A program made the translations under genes and the position numbers. From assembly GCA_964385105.1 (NCBI GenBank), contig CAYLMU010000001.1:2252-66251 (forward strand): a stretch of DNA of 64,000 nt, in the 5' to 3' direction. The notes beneath the pieces were generated by a model. The model did no database searches. It was not told the DNA's origin and saw only the letters and a list, made by a program, of their open reading frames with translations. How positions within the stretch are numbered: position 1 is the stretch's first letter; each line of letters begins with the position of its first letter. This document shows positions 10,328 through 20,210 of this stretch, piece after piece. The DNA is from an uncultured Candidatus Saccharibacteria bacterium. Its GTDB lineage: Bacteria > Patescibacteriota > WWE3 > UBA101185 > UBA10185.

Positions 10328-11302
10328 ATGGCATCCTTTATTCCCGAATATACTATTACAAGCCATATACTAAAAAATATTAGCGGAATTGAATATTCTA
10401 AAGCAATTGTTGAAACAACAGCTATCTTACCTAACTGGCAGAATCAGCTCATTATCGAGGCCAAAGCAAGAACCATCGCATTTTCTCTGCAACGATTTGG
10501 ATTAAATATACATGTAGACAACGTAAAAAAACGATTAAATAGAATGCCGGCACAATTGCCTAAAGAAGTAGACAAATATATTGAAGCTTTGGCAAAAGTT
10601 GAAGAATTTGCAAAAATACGTGATTTTGAAGAAGATGAGGTTAAAGTGATTGAAGAAATATTCACGGGCAAAAAGAGTTACCGCACATCTTATATTGCAG
10701 GCACAGTTCATCCGGAAGAAATATTGGCAGAAATGACAAAACTTCTTGACTGGAACAACAGCCTGGATGCACGAGAAACACATCCGGTAATCACTTCAGC
10801 CTTGCTAAAAGCCCAACTTGAATATATTAATCCTTTTGATAAAACAACATCGTTAATATCAGACATTATTACTATACTAAGCTTAAAAACGGGCAATTAT
10901 CACATTTTAAGTTACTATTCACTTGAGGAATACTACTTTCACACACAACGTGATTACCAAAACATATTAAAAGATGCGTTTGAAAATGATGATTTTACAA
11001 GGTGGCTTGAATACTTTACCGAAGGGTTTAATCGTGAAATAACAAACATAGCCGAAAACGTAAAAATAATGGCAAGAGACACCAAACTTGTTAAAGCAGC
11101 ACCAAACATGCGTTTAACCGAAAGACAACAAAGGGTTGTTACGTATCTGCAAGATTATGGCATGTTGCAAAATAAAGACTTTTCAGCAATTTTCCCTGAT
11201 ATTTCTGAAGATACGGTACTGAGGGAGCTTAAAGCTTTAATGAAAAAGGGTGTGGTGGTAAAGCGCGGAAGTACAAAGTCTTCAAGGTATGAATTGGCGT
11301 AG
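10328..11302 (+). CDS. Fic-family protein with degenerate active-site motif (HPFxDGNGR replaced by NPFDKTTS) and C-terminal winged-helix
   Basis: Fic core HPVITSALL...EYINPFDKTTSLI; starts 1 nt after recF stop. Confidence 0.6.
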   Translation: MASFIPEYTITSHILKNISGIEYSKAIVETTAILPNWQNQLIIEAKARTIAFSLQRFGLNIHVDNVKKRLNRMPAQLPKEVDKYIEALAKVEEFAKIRDFEEDEVKVIEEIFTGKKSYRTSYIAGTVHPEEILAEMTKLLDWNNSLDARETHPVITSALLKAQLEYINPFDKTTSLISDIITILSLKTGNYHILSYYSLEEYYFHTQRDYQNILKDAFENDDFTRWLEYFTEGFNREITNIAENVKIMARDTKLVKAAPNMRLTERQQRVVTYLQDYGMLQNKDFSAIFPDISEDTVLRELKALMKKGVVVKRGSTKSSRYELA

Positions 11303-11321
11303 TTTTTGAGATTATTAATAT

Positions 11322-11357
11322 AGATGCCTTTCTAAAAAAATTTAAAAAAGGCATCTT
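11322..11357. terminator. intrinsic terminator hairpin (AGATGCCTTT...AAAGGCATCT)
   Basis: 10-bp inverted repeat with A/T-rich loop after fic-like gene. Confidence 0.5.
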
Positions 11358-11419
11358 TAAAGATTAATCATAAAATTTGTATCATTATAAAGTATTGTTA
11401 CCTGAATCCCTCCATTTTT

Positions 11420-11656
11420 TTAACTCCTTAACAACAAATATGATTCATACACTATAGAAGCCAGTGAAAAAAAGCCCCCATAAACAATAATGTATCCCCA
11501 TGCGTTTCTCCACCATCCGGTAAGTGCTTGGTGTTCATATGCATTTGTATATACAAAAAGCAAAGAAACTACCGTAATCAACAAAACCCCAATAAAAGAG
11601 TGTTTTACAACCCTCAAGAAATGATACCTAAACCGCATCTCACACTCCTTAGCCAT
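11420..11656 (-). CDS. hypothetical small membrane protein
   Basis: two predicted TM helices, 78 aa. Confidence 0.4.
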   Translation of the reverse strand: MAKECEMRFRYHFLRVVKHSFIGVLLITVVSLLFVYTNAYEHQALTGWWRNAWGYIIVYGGFFSLASIVYESYLLLRS

Positions 11657-11756
11657 AGCCTCAACAAATTTATAACGATTATACTCGACATTGTAGCAAT
11701 CATCAAAACATAAGGCTTATATAGGTTAATTGGCGCATGGTTGATATACTGAAACA

Positions 11757-13550
11757 ATGAAATTTGCTGATTTTGCACAATACCTGCAAAAACTTGAGGA
11801 TACCTCAAAGAGACTTGAAATTACAGAAATTCTCCTTGAGCTGCTTTACAACTTAAAACCCAATGAAATCCGGGAAGGTATTTATATGTCACTTGGTTAC
11901 TTGAAAGCTCCGTTTGAGGCTGAAAAGTTTAATATGGCAGATAAAATGGTTATTCGTTCAATTTCGGCGGCATATAACAAACCGGTAGACGAAGTTAACA
12001 CATTGTATGGAAAAACGGGAGATTTAGGTGAGGTGTGTATAAGTTTATGTCCCGATAATACAACGGAAAGCACAGTTTTAGAAGTTCACAGTAAATTAAC
12101 CGAAATTGCCAAGCTTGAAGGCGCGGGCTCACAAGATTTAAAAGTAAGCACTTTGTCAGAACTTCTGCAAAGTGTTGATGCTTTATCGGCGAAATATATT
12201 GTACGAATTGTTCTGGGTACGACACGTTTAGGTTTTACCGAGCTTACAGTATTAGACGCCCTCTCATGGATGCTTGCTCCGGATAGAGCAGATAAAAAAA
12301 CCATAAAAGAAATAAAGGCAAAACTTGAATATAAATACAACGTTCATCCGGATATTGGTTTAATAGCAAAAAATGTAAAACAACATGGAATTGAAGGCGT
12401 AGAAAAAATAGCAATAGAGGTCGGAGTTCCGATTTTGCCTCAAAAAGCTCAGCGATTATCCTCATTACAAGAAGTTATAGAAAAAATGGGCACTGTTTTT
12501 GCAGAATACAAATTTGACGGCACAAGGGTTCAGCTGCATTTAGACAAAAATAGAACAATAGAAACAAGCGAAATAGAACAAAAAAACCTTTTTGACGTAC
12601 AAACTAAACGCACATTTATTAAAACATTTACAAGAAATCTGGAAGAAACAACTTACCAGTACCCCGACATTGTAGAGGCTGCACTTAAACAAATAGATGC
12701 ACAAAATGTTATTTTAGACGGTGAAGCAATAGGATATGACCCTGAAACAGGTGAGTTTTTGCCATTTCAGGTTATGATGCAAAGAAAAAGAAAACATGGT
12801 GTAAAAGAAATGACACTCGAAATTCCTTTAAAATACTTTGTTTTTGATATTTTGTACTTAAATGGTGAACCTTTAACAACTTTACCTCTAACACAACGTA
12901 AAGCTATGCTCAAAAAAATAATTAAATCCGGAGATGTGATTGCTATGGATGATTATGTTGAAGTAGGCACTATAGAAGAACTAGAGAATTATTTTGAACA
13001 TGCCCGTGAAAAAGGCCTTGAAGGCCTAATTGTAAAAAATCCGAACGCGGAGTATAAAGCGGGGGCAAGGTCATTTACCTGGGTAAAGCTTAAAGTGGCT
13101 GATGCTGACTTGTTGGACGATACGGTTGAAACTGTTGTTTTAGGATATTATTTTGGACGCGGAGAACGTGCAAAGTTTGGAATTGGAGGCTTTTTGGCAG
13201 GTGTTTATGATAAAGAAGAAGGAGTATTTAAAAGTATCACAAGAGTGGGTACAGGTTTAAGCGATCAAGACTGGGTTTATTTAAAAACTCAAGCAGATAA
13301 AACGACAGTAAAAGAAAAACCTAAAAATGTTGAGCTGGGTAACGCAAACACACCAGATGTTTGGACAGCTCCCGAAATAGTGGTTGAGCTTGGAGCTGAT
13401 CAAATTACAAAATCAACAGTCCATACAACCGGATATGCTTTAAGGTTTCCACGATTAATAAAATTTAGAGATGACAAAAAGCCCGAAGATATAACTTCGC
13501 TTGAAGAAATAAAAGACTTGTACAAAATGCAAAAAAGAGGCTATTATTAA
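11757..13550 (+). CDS. lig: ATP-dependent DNA ligase (LigB/archaeal-eukaryal type)
   Basis: KxDG adenylation motif EYKFDGTR, OB-fold C-terminus, 597 aa. Confidence 0.9.
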   Translation: MKFADFAQYLQKLEDTSKRLEITEILLELLYNLKPNEIREGIYMSLGYLKAPFEAEKFNMADKMVIRSISAAYNKPVDEVNTLYGKTGDLGEVCISLCPDNTTESTVLEVHSKLTEIAKLEGAGSQDLKVSTLSELLQSVDALSAKYIVRIVLGTTRLGFTELTVLDALSWMLAPDRADKKTIKEIKAKLEYKYNVHPDIGLIAKNVKQHGIEGVEKIAIEVGVPILPQKAQRLSSLQEVIEKMGTVFAEYKFDGTRVQLHLDKNRTIETSEIEQKNLFDVQTKRTFIKTFTRNLEETTYQYPDIVEAALKQIDAQNVILDGEAIGYDPETGEFLPFQVMMQRKRKHGVKEMTLEIPLKYFVFDILYLNGEPLTTLPLTQRKAMLKKIIKSGDVIAMDDYVEVGTIEELENYFEHAREKGLEGLIVKNPNAEYKAGARSFTWVKLKVADADLLDDTVETVVLGYYFGRGERAKFGIGGFLAGVYDKEEGVFKSITRVGTGLSDQDWVYLKTQADKTTVKEKPKNVELGNANTPDVWTAPEIVVELGADQITKSTVHTTGYALRFPRLIKFRDDKKPEDITSLEEIKDLYKMQKRGYY

Positions 13551-13553
13551 TAC

Positions 13554-13934
13554 ATGAGTGCGGCTGAAGAAAATACCCAACAAACACAAAAACCATACAA
13601 TTTAGAACCAAATGCAGAAGCTGCACTTGCTTATCTGCTTGGTGCTCTCACAGGAATTCCTGTACTTCTTGTTGAAAAAGAAAATCAATTTGTGAGGTTT
13701 CACGCTATGCAGTCAGTAATATTTACACTCTCATTGGTAGTTCTAAGTGTAGTTAATGGTGTTATGCTAAGTATTCCGATTTTAAATATTTTATGGGGAA
13801 TCGGAATGGCATTTATTTATTTGGGAGTGGTTATAGTTTGGATTATGTTAATGTGGAAAGCTTACAACCACGAAGAGTGGGAATTACCTTATATCGGCAA
13901 AATTGCCAGAGATCAGCTGAAGAATTTTAAATAA
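13554..13934 (+). CDS. DUF4870-like membrane protein
   Basis: ALAYLLG...FVRFHAMQS signature of DUF4870 family. Confidence 0.55.
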   Translation: MSAAEENTQQTQKPYNLEPNAEAALAYLLGALTGIPVLLVEKENQFVRFHAMQSVIFTLSLVVLSVVNGVMLSIPILNILWGIGMAFIYLGVVIVWIMLMWKAYNHEEWELPYIGKIARDQLKNFK

Positions 13935-13985
13935 AAAAACGGCAAGTGAGTGCGCGGGGCATTCAATTACCGTTTTTGGAAAACA

Positions 13986-14231
13986 TTACCAGGTGGCTGT
14001 GTTGATGGGACCTCCCATCGTCACAATCCATCCGGCACCGACGCAAACCACCAGAACGATGATAATTGTCACTGCCAAGATTAAAATGTTACGATTTTCC
14101 GGTTCCATGGACAGCAGTGCCCATGCAACAAACACCGCAACTACCACAGCGGCGACTGCCCCAAAAAGGGGAAACCCGCTCAGAACACTTTCCGTTGCAG
14201 CATAAGCGGCATTCGCGAGTAAAACCATCAT
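13986..14231 (-). CDS. hypothetical small membrane protein (locally GC-rich)
   Basis: 81 aa, two hydrophobic helices; its frame pairs with a same-length + strand ORF, so the strand is uncertain. Confidence 0.35.
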   Translation of the reverse strand: MMVLLANAAYAATESVLSGFPLFGAVAAVVVAVFVAWALLSMEPENRNILILAVTIIIVLVVCVGAGWIVTMGGPINTATW

Positions 14232-14318
14232 TTTAAAAACCCTCCTTTTAAGTCGATTTCATTGAATTGTTTTTAACCTATAGCATATATTATACTCTCG
14301 CATTCGATATTTGGCAAA

Positions 14319-14636
14319 TTGGTATACTACCTACATATGCAAAATATAAAAGACATTTTAGACAAAAAAGACTTAAAAGGTGACCATAGAAATAAATATG
14401 AATATCAGGCATATGGAAACCGTCTTGCTGATGAACTTGGCGACCCAAAGCACCGCTCACTTTATATAAAACTGGCAAAAACCGAAGATAGAAATTTGCT
14501 TGAAGCTGCACGTGAACATGTAATGTCTTCTGAAACTGCAACAACCAGAGGAAAACTGTTTATGTGGAAATTAAGCGAACTCAAAAAAAACAAAAATAAT
14601 CCCGACAATACAAACACCAAAGACCTTGTAAAATAG
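14319..14636 (+). CDS. hypothetical protein
   Basis: basic/charged 105 aa ORF, probable start at M 14337. Confidence 0.4.
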   Translation: MVYYLHMQNIKDILDKKDLKGDHRNKYEYQAYGNRLADELGDPKHRSLYIKLAKTEDRNLLEAAREHVMSSETATTRGKLFMWKLSELKKNKNNPDNTNTKDLVK

Positions 14637-14653
14637 ACAAAAAATCTCTAAAC

Positions 14654-15208
14654 TTGAATATAATGTTAAGAAAAATGTTGGGTATGTACAAAATCTCGTT
14701 ATTGTTATCGCTTACCGTTTTTATCCTTATTTTGGCTCTACGAGTTGAACGTGACCCTTTAAATATAATAATGGCTTTTGTAGGTTCACTGGTTGGTGCT
14801 GTATTGCTTGATCTTGATTACTTTTTACACGCTTATTTTTTAGAACCCGAAAAAGACTTTTCCAAAACGCTAAACGGGTTTGTTAAGCACCGAAATATTG
14901 GCGGCGCTTTGTCTTATATTCATTATCACAAAGACGAAATTAAAGATAAAACTTTAAATAGTATGCTTTTTCAGGTTATTCTGGGAGGTTTGGTTTTGTT
15001 TGTTGTTCCTTCAAATTCAACTGTTTTAATGAAAGCAGTAGTATTATCAACATTTGTGAATTCAATTTATAGAATGATTGAAGTCTATTTTGAAGGAGAC
15101 ATAAACGAATGGTTTTGGGCGCTTAAAACACCACCAAGTCGAAACGGGTTTTATATCTATACGGCTGTACTGGCAGCCATGCTGCTACTTGGACTATACT
15201 TTTTATAA
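14654..15208 (+). CDS. hypothetical polytopic membrane protein
   Basis: 4-5 predicted TM helices. Confidence 0.5.
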   Translation: MNIMLRKMLGMYKISLLLSLTVFILILALRVERDPLNIIMAFVGSLVGAVLLDLDYFLHAYFLEPEKDFSKTLNGFVKHRNIGGALSYIHYHKDEIKDKTLNSMLFQVILGGLVLFVVPSNSTVLMKAVVLSTFVNSIYRMIEVYFEGDINEWFWALKTPPSRNGFYIYTAVLAAMLLLGLYFL

Positions 15209-15753
15209 TGTATGGCTTTTTTATATCCCTTGGAATTTTAATTTCAGCATTATTAGCAGAAAAACTTGCCATAAAACATAATAAGAACACAAATATTTTA
15301 TGGACAGGCTTATTTATTGCAATTGTAGCCGGAATTATTGGTGCGAGAATTTACCATGTTCTTGATTATTTTGATTATTACTCAAGTGCCCCGTTACAAA
15401 TTTTTGCTTTAAATCAGGGAGGGCTTGGTATTCCGGGTGGGATTATTTTTGGCGGAATATCTTTGGTAATTTATTTAAAACTTAAAAACCAGCCTATTGC
15501 CTATTGGACAGACTTGGCAGCCACGGTTTTACCGCTTGGCCAGTCTATAGGGCGCTGGGGAAATTATTTTAATAATGAACTTATGCCTTATGCTATTTAC
15601 GAATCTATTCTGGACTTTTTGTTGTTTATAGCATTGTTTTTTATAAGCAAAAAATCAACAAAACCGGGGCTTATTACACTTTTATACATTTTAGGATATA
15701 TTTTAGTTAGGTTATTGCTTATGAGGCATAGAACCGACTTTTGGCTAATATAA
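15208..15753 (+). CDS. lgt: prolipoprotein diacylglyceryl transferase, short form (C-terminal region absent)
   Basis: GARIYHV and GRWGNYFNNEL Lgt signature motifs; only 181 aa versus ~270-290 typical. Confidence 0.7.
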   Translation: MYGFFISLGILISALLAEKLAIKHNKNTNILWTGLFIAIVAGIIGARIYHVLDYFDYYSSAPLQIFALNQGGLGIPGGIIFGGISLVIYLKLKNQPIAYWTDLAATVLPLGQSIGRWGNYFNNELMPYAIYESILDFLLFIALFFISKKSTKPGLITLLYILGYILVRLLLMRHRTDFWLI

Positions 15754-15775
15754 AAAACATCTATATAATTAAATT

Positions 15776-16219
15776 ATGATTTATTTATGTTCAGATCATG
15801 GAGGATATGACCTTAAAAACCTGTTACTAGAGTATTTAGAATCTCAAGGGCTTGAAGTAAAAAACATGGGACCTTTTGAATACCAAAACGATGATGATTA
15901 TCCTGATTATGTAAACCCGACAATGGTTGAGATGCAAAAAAATCTTGGCTCAAGTAAAGCAATTGTTATTTGCAGAAATGGTGTGGGGGTATGTGTAGCT
16001 GCAAATAAGTATAAAGGTATTAGATGCGCTTTATCGTGGATGCCGCAACACGCCGCATCAAGCAGAATTGACGATGATTCAAATGTTTTGGCTTTACCTG
16101 CCGATTATGTTTCTGATGAAGATGCAAAAATAATTGTTGACACATGGCTTCAAACCGAATTCAGCAATGAACCACGACATATTCGACGCCTTGAAAAAGT
16201 TTCACAAATTTTGAATTAA
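15776..16219 (+). CDS. rpiB: ribose-5-phosphate isomerase B
   Basis: RpiB/LacAB fold: CSDHGG...ICRNGVGVCVAANK. Confidence 0.9.
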   Translation: MIYLCSDHGGYDLKNLLLEYLESQGLEVKNMGPFEYQNDDDYPDYVNPTMVEMQKNLGSSKAIVICRNGVGVCVAANKYKGIRCALSWMPQHAASSRIDDDSNVLALPADYVSDEDAKIIVDTWLQTEFSNEPRHIRRLEKVSQILN

Positions 16220-16221
16220 AC

Positions 16222-16848
16222 ATGGTAATAATTCCAAGCATACTTGAGTCCACATTTGAAGAAGTACAAAAAAAAGTGCATTTAATGAAAGACGTGGCGG
16301 ATTTGATTCAAATTGACATTGTTGATGGAAAATATGTGCCGGGAAACACTTTTTTGGATGTAGAAAAACTTAATGAATTAAACGGGGTTAATTTTGAACT
16401 CGACCTATGGGTGGAAAATCCTGTTGAGTATGTAAAAAAAGAGTTATATACCGTTAACCGGGTATGTACACATGTAGAACGATTTGATGCCATTAACGAC
16501 TTTATTGCTATAGCCAAAGAAAAAAACTGGAAAGTAGGATTATCTGTTGGACCTGATACAGAAACCTCAAAATTGACTCCTTACTTAAATAAAATTGATT
16601 ATGTGCAATTTGTAACCGTACATCCCGGTGCACAAGGAAATCCTTTTGTACCAGAAGTTCTTGAGAAAATCTGGGATTTTAAATTAAACAACCCTACCAT
16701 GGTGTGTCAGGCAGATGGTAGTATTAACATGGAAACAATCGAAAGCGTGGCTGAGGCAGGAGTGTCGCGTTTTGCAGTGGGTTCGGCACTTTTTAGAGCT
16801 GAAGACCCGGTTGCAGAATTTTTAAAGTTACAGAAAGTTGAACTATAA
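16222..16848 (+). CDS. rpe: ribulose-phosphate 3-epimerase
   Basis: IIPSIL...IDIVDGKYVP...VHPG TIM-barrel Rpe pattern. Confidence 0.8.
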   Translation: MVIIPSILESTFEEVQKKVHLMKDVADLIQIDIVDGKYVPGNTFLDVEKLNELNGVNFELDLWVENPVEYVKKELYTVNRVCTHVERFDAINDFIAIAKEKNWKVGLSVGPDTETSKLTPYLNKIDYVQFVTVHPGAQGNPFVPEVLEKIWDFKLNNPTMVCQADGSINMETIESVAEAGVSRFAVGSALFRAEDPVAEFLKLQKVEL

Positions 16849-17451
16849 ATGACAAATAACATAACTTCTATTGCACATGACGGGGGCTTAGAAAAAAGAA
16901 AAATAATTAAAGTTGCATTTTTAGGCGGAGCAGCGTGGCAACCCGAAGAACAAACGTTTAAAGAAGCCTTTGATACTGCAAAAATTCTTGCTGAAAACGG
17001 TTATGAGATTGTGAACGGGGGCGGACCCGGAGTAATGCGGGCTTCAACCATGGGTGCACAAGCCGGAGGAGGAAAAACTCTAGCCATAACATATCATCCA
17101 AATAAAGTGAAACCCCATTATGAAGGTTGTGATCCTTTAAATATGGCTGACGAAGAGGTTTATACTTTGGATTATTTTGATAGAACAAAAGTCATGCTTC
17201 AAAATTCGGATATTCACATTGTATTTAAGGGAAGTATCGGAACATTGAGCGAACTTGGCATGACTTGGATTAGCTCCTGGATACATGAACCAAACAACAA
17301 ACCTATAATTTTATACGGTGATTTTTGGAAAGAAATATTAGCAGTACTTATTAAACATATGTATTTAAAACATAACGAAGAGACATTGCTAAAAATCTGC
17401 AGTACTCCCGAAGAAGTTTTAAATTATATTAAAGGATTAGATTCGGATTAG
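16849..17451 (+). CDS. LOG-family (TIGR00730) Rossmann-fold nucleotide-binding protein
   Basis: GGGPGVM and GSIGTLSE (PGGxGTxxE) motifs. Confidence 0.75.
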   Translation: MTNNITSIAHDGGLEKRKIIKVAFLGGAAWQPEEQTFKEAFDTAKILAENGYEIVNGGGPGVMRASTMGAQAGGGKTLAITYHPNKVKPHYEGCDPLNMADEEVYTLDYFDRTKVMLQNSDIHIVFKGSIGTLSELGMTWISSWIHEPNNKPIILYGDFWKEILAVLIKHMYLKHNEETLLKICSTPEEVLNYIKGLDSD

Positions 17452-17496
17452 ACTTTTTTGTTGAAATCCTCACATTAAATAACTATACTAGAGTTA

Positions 17497-18372
17497 ATGC
17501 CCACTAAACTTTTGTTCTGCAAAACAGACGAAATAACCGACTTACAAAAAATTTCATTAAAATTAAGAGAAGAAGTAATCACAATGCTTGTTGATGCAGG
17601 CTCAGGACATAGTGCAGGTCCTTTGGGAATGGCTGATATCTTTGCAACATTATATTTTAATATACTAAACATTGACCCTGAAAATCCTGATGATAAAGAA
17701 CGTGATAGAGTGGTACTTTCTAACGGTCACATTTGCCCGATATGGTATGCAACTTTAGCTTATAGAGGTTATTTTGCCAAAAAAGAATTAAGAAAACTCA
17801 GAAAAATTAATTCCATGCTACAAGGGCATCCTCATAACCTTTCTACGCCAGGGGTAGAAAATACAGGAGGGCCATTAGGACAAGGCCTTTCTCAAGCAAT
17901 TGGCATGGCTCTGGCAGGAAAGCTAGACAAAATGAATTATAGAGTTTTTTGCTTAGGTAGCGATGGAGAATTAAACGAAGGGCAAACCTGGGAAGCGGCG
18001 ATGTTTGCCGGAAACAGACGCCTAAACAATTTAACATGGATTATTGACCGAAATAACATTCAAATTGACGGTCATACAGAAGATGTTATGCCCATTGAAC
18101 CGCTACGCGACAAATTAGAAGCATTTAACTGGCATGTGCTTGAAATTGACGGGCATAATATTGAAGAAATAATTAGCGCATGCAATATGGCCAAATCCAT
18201 ATTTGAACGGCCAACTGTTATAATTGCACATACCATTCCCGGAAAGGGAGTGAACTTTATGGAGTATAAATTTGAGTGGCACGGAAAGACTCCTAACCCC
18301 CAAGAAGCAAGAAAAGCTTTGCGTGAACTTAGGACTCTGGAAGGCAAAATAAAATGTTATGACATTGAATAA
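17497..18372 (+). CDS. tktA_N: transketolase, N-terminal (TPP-binding) subunit
   Basis: GSGHSAGPLGMADI...LSNGH TPP-binding signature; split-type transketolase. Confidence 0.9.
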   Translation: MPTKLLFCKTDEITDLQKISLKLREEVITMLVDAGSGHSAGPLGMADIFATLYFNILNIDPENPDDKERDRVVLSNGHICPIWYATLAYRGYFAKKELRKLRKINSMLQGHPHNLSTPGVENTGGPLGQGLSQAIGMALAGKLDKMNYRVFCLGSDGELNEGQTWEAAMFAGNRRLNNLTWIIDRNNIQIDGHTEDVMPIEPLRDKLEAFNWHVLEIDGHNIEEIISACNMAKSIFERPTVIIAHTIPGKGVNFMEYKFEWHGKTPNPQEARKALRELRTLEGKIKCYDIE

Positions 18373-18979
18373 AAATTCCCTAAATGACAATGAATTCGGA
18401 TATACACTACATATTAGTATATTACCTATTGTTGTTATTATCTTAATAATTTTGGGCGCAGGATTTTTCTTGATGCGCGGAGAGTTTGAATTACCGTCTT
18501 TTGGTACAGATGAAACTGAAGTGACACGAATAAACGGATACCCGACTATTGTATATACCGAAAATGCAGTTGAAAAACAAAGAACGGTAATAAAAAACTC
18601 GGCTGAACTTGAGCAATTTTTAACAACTGTTGACCCTGATCGTTTATTCACTCCACCAGTTGAAGGTGTTGATTTTGGACGCAATTATTTAATAGGTGTT
18701 TCAAATGACCTACAAGAAGAAAGCGGAACAACGCTCAAAGTAAAAAGAATTTATGAAGACAAAAAAGATAACACTCTTGTGATTAACATTGAAGAAGTAA
18801 AACCGGGCGAAAACTGCCCAGTGGATATGCAAAGTAATGTTGCAGTTGATATTGTCGCCTTAAACAAAACCGACAAGGAAATAGTTTTTGAACGTGTGAC
18901 TAAAAGAGAAGAGCCTTGTGAAGGCGAAGACATGGAAGCAGAAGATACAAGCGAAGAGAGTGAAGAAATAACAGAGTAA
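18359..18979 (+). CDS. hypothetical membrane-anchored protein with acidic C-terminus, inserted between transketolase halves
   Basis: TM helix ILPIVVIILIILGAGFFL; E/D-rich tail. Confidence 0.5.
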   Translation: MTLNKNSLNDNEFGYTLHISILPIVVIILIILGAGFFLMRGEFELPSFGTDETEVTRINGYPTIVYTENAVEKQRTVIKNSAELEQFLTTVDPDRLFTPPVEGVDFGRNYLIGVSNDLQEESGTTLKVKRIYEDKKDNTLVINIEEVKPGENCPVDMQSNVAVDIVALNKTDKEIVFERVTKREEPCEGEDMEAEDTSEESEEITE

Positions 18980-18984
18980 GTTTC

Positions 18985-19953
18985 ATGAGCAGTAAATTAA
19001 AGAAACAATTAGAGCTTAAGTCAACACGTGAAGCTTTTGGTGAGGCGTTACTTGCAGCTGCAGAAAAAAACAAAGACATTGTAGTTCTTACTGCTGATTT
19101 GTCTAAATCGACTAATGTCAAAACTTTTGGAGAAAAGTTTCCAAACAGATTTTTTCAGGTGGGAGTAGCTGAACAAAATCTTGCCGGAATTTCTGCAGGA
19201 CTTGCACTAAGCGGTAAAATTCCATTTATGACCTCTTATGGGGTATTCAGCCCCGGAAGAAATTGGGATCAAATTAGAGTTTCTATATGCTACTCCATGG
19301 CAAATGTAAAAATCGCATCTACACATGCAGGCCTGGCTACCGGTACCGATGGAGCTACTCATCAGGCTTTAGAAGATGTGGCTATTACCCGTGTGCTGCC
19401 CAATATGACCGTTGTCTGCCCCGCAGATTACAACGAAACACTTCAAGCAGTTGATGCAATAACCAAATACAAAGGTCCTATTTATTTGCGCCTGTTTCGC
19501 CCTAAAACACAACAAATTATGCCAAACGACTATAAATTTAAACTGGGTAAAGCAGCTATTATTCAAAGTGGCACTGACGTCACTTTAGCAGGAACCGGCC
19601 CTATTTTAACCGAAATTTTAAAGGCAGAAAAAGAGTTAAAAAAAAGAGGGATAAGTTGTGAAATTATTAATGTTTCAACTATAAAGCCATTAGATTCAGA
19701 GTCAATAATCACTTCTGTTAAAAAAACACATAAAATAATATCGGTAGAAGACCATCAGGTGTACGGTGGATTGGGAAGCGCAATTGCTGAAGTTTTATCA
19801 CAAGAATACCAAAACCATCCTTTTAGGTTAAAGATTATGGGGGTTAACGATACATTCGGTGAATCGGGTAAAGATGAAGAACTTATAGAAAAATACGGTA
19901 TTAGCGCAAAACATATATATAAAAATACTATAGACATTTTAAAATCTAGGTGA
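18985..19953 (+). CDS. tktA_C: transketolase, C-terminal (pyrimidine-binding) subunit
   Basis: FGEAL...QVGVAEQNLAGISAGLALSG transketolase Pyr domain. Confidence 0.9.
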   Translation: MSSKLKKQLELKSTREAFGEALLAAAEKNKDIVVLTADLSKSTNVKTFGEKFPNRFFQVGVAEQNLAGISAGLALSGKIPFMTSYGVFSPGRNWDQIRVSICYSMANVKIASTHAGLATGTDGATHQALEDVAITRVLPNMTVVCPADYNETLQAVDAITKYKGPIYLRLFRPKTQQIMPNDYKFKLGKAAIIQSGTDVTLAGTGPILTEILKAEKELKKRGISCEIINVSTIKPLDSESIITSVKKTHKIISVEDHQVYGGLGSAIAEVLSQEYQNHPFRLKIMGVNDTFGESGKDEELIEKYGISAKHIYKNTIDILKSR

Positions 19954-19967
19954 CATAATTTTTTATA

Positions 19968-20195
19968 ATGAATCCGGAAGCAATTCAACAATTAGCAAAT
20001 TCAAGCATTTGGCCTGTTATTGAATTTGCATCGATTTTTGGCATAATAATTGTAACTTATATGGCTATGCATGCCATGTTTAGCCACTTAAAAGCCCCAA
20101 CAAAAATGTTAATGTCTATGTTTTTAGGCACGCTTGCCTACTCTATGGGAAAAATTTTTGTAATATCATTTCTCGTTAAACCTTTAATTTTTTAA
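19968..20195 (+). CDS. hypothetical small membrane protein
   Basis: 75 aa, 2 TM. Confidence 0.4.
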   Translation: MNPEAIQQLANSSIWPVIEFASIFGIIIVTYMAMHAMFSHLKAPTKMLMSMFLGTLAYSMGKIFVISFLVKPLIF

Positions 20196-20210
20196 TGTTA
20201 CAATTTAGTT

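Noticed and set aside
13941-13980. Terminator between DUF4870 gene and the convergent small ORF
   Set aside because: 7-bp AAAACGG/CCGTTTT stem encloses a 29-nt loop; too weak to call confidently.
18072-18684. 189-aa and 91-aa minus-strand ORFs overlapping transketolase N-subunit and the inserted ORF
   Set aside because: Antisense overlap with genes supported by motifs; no RBS or motif support.
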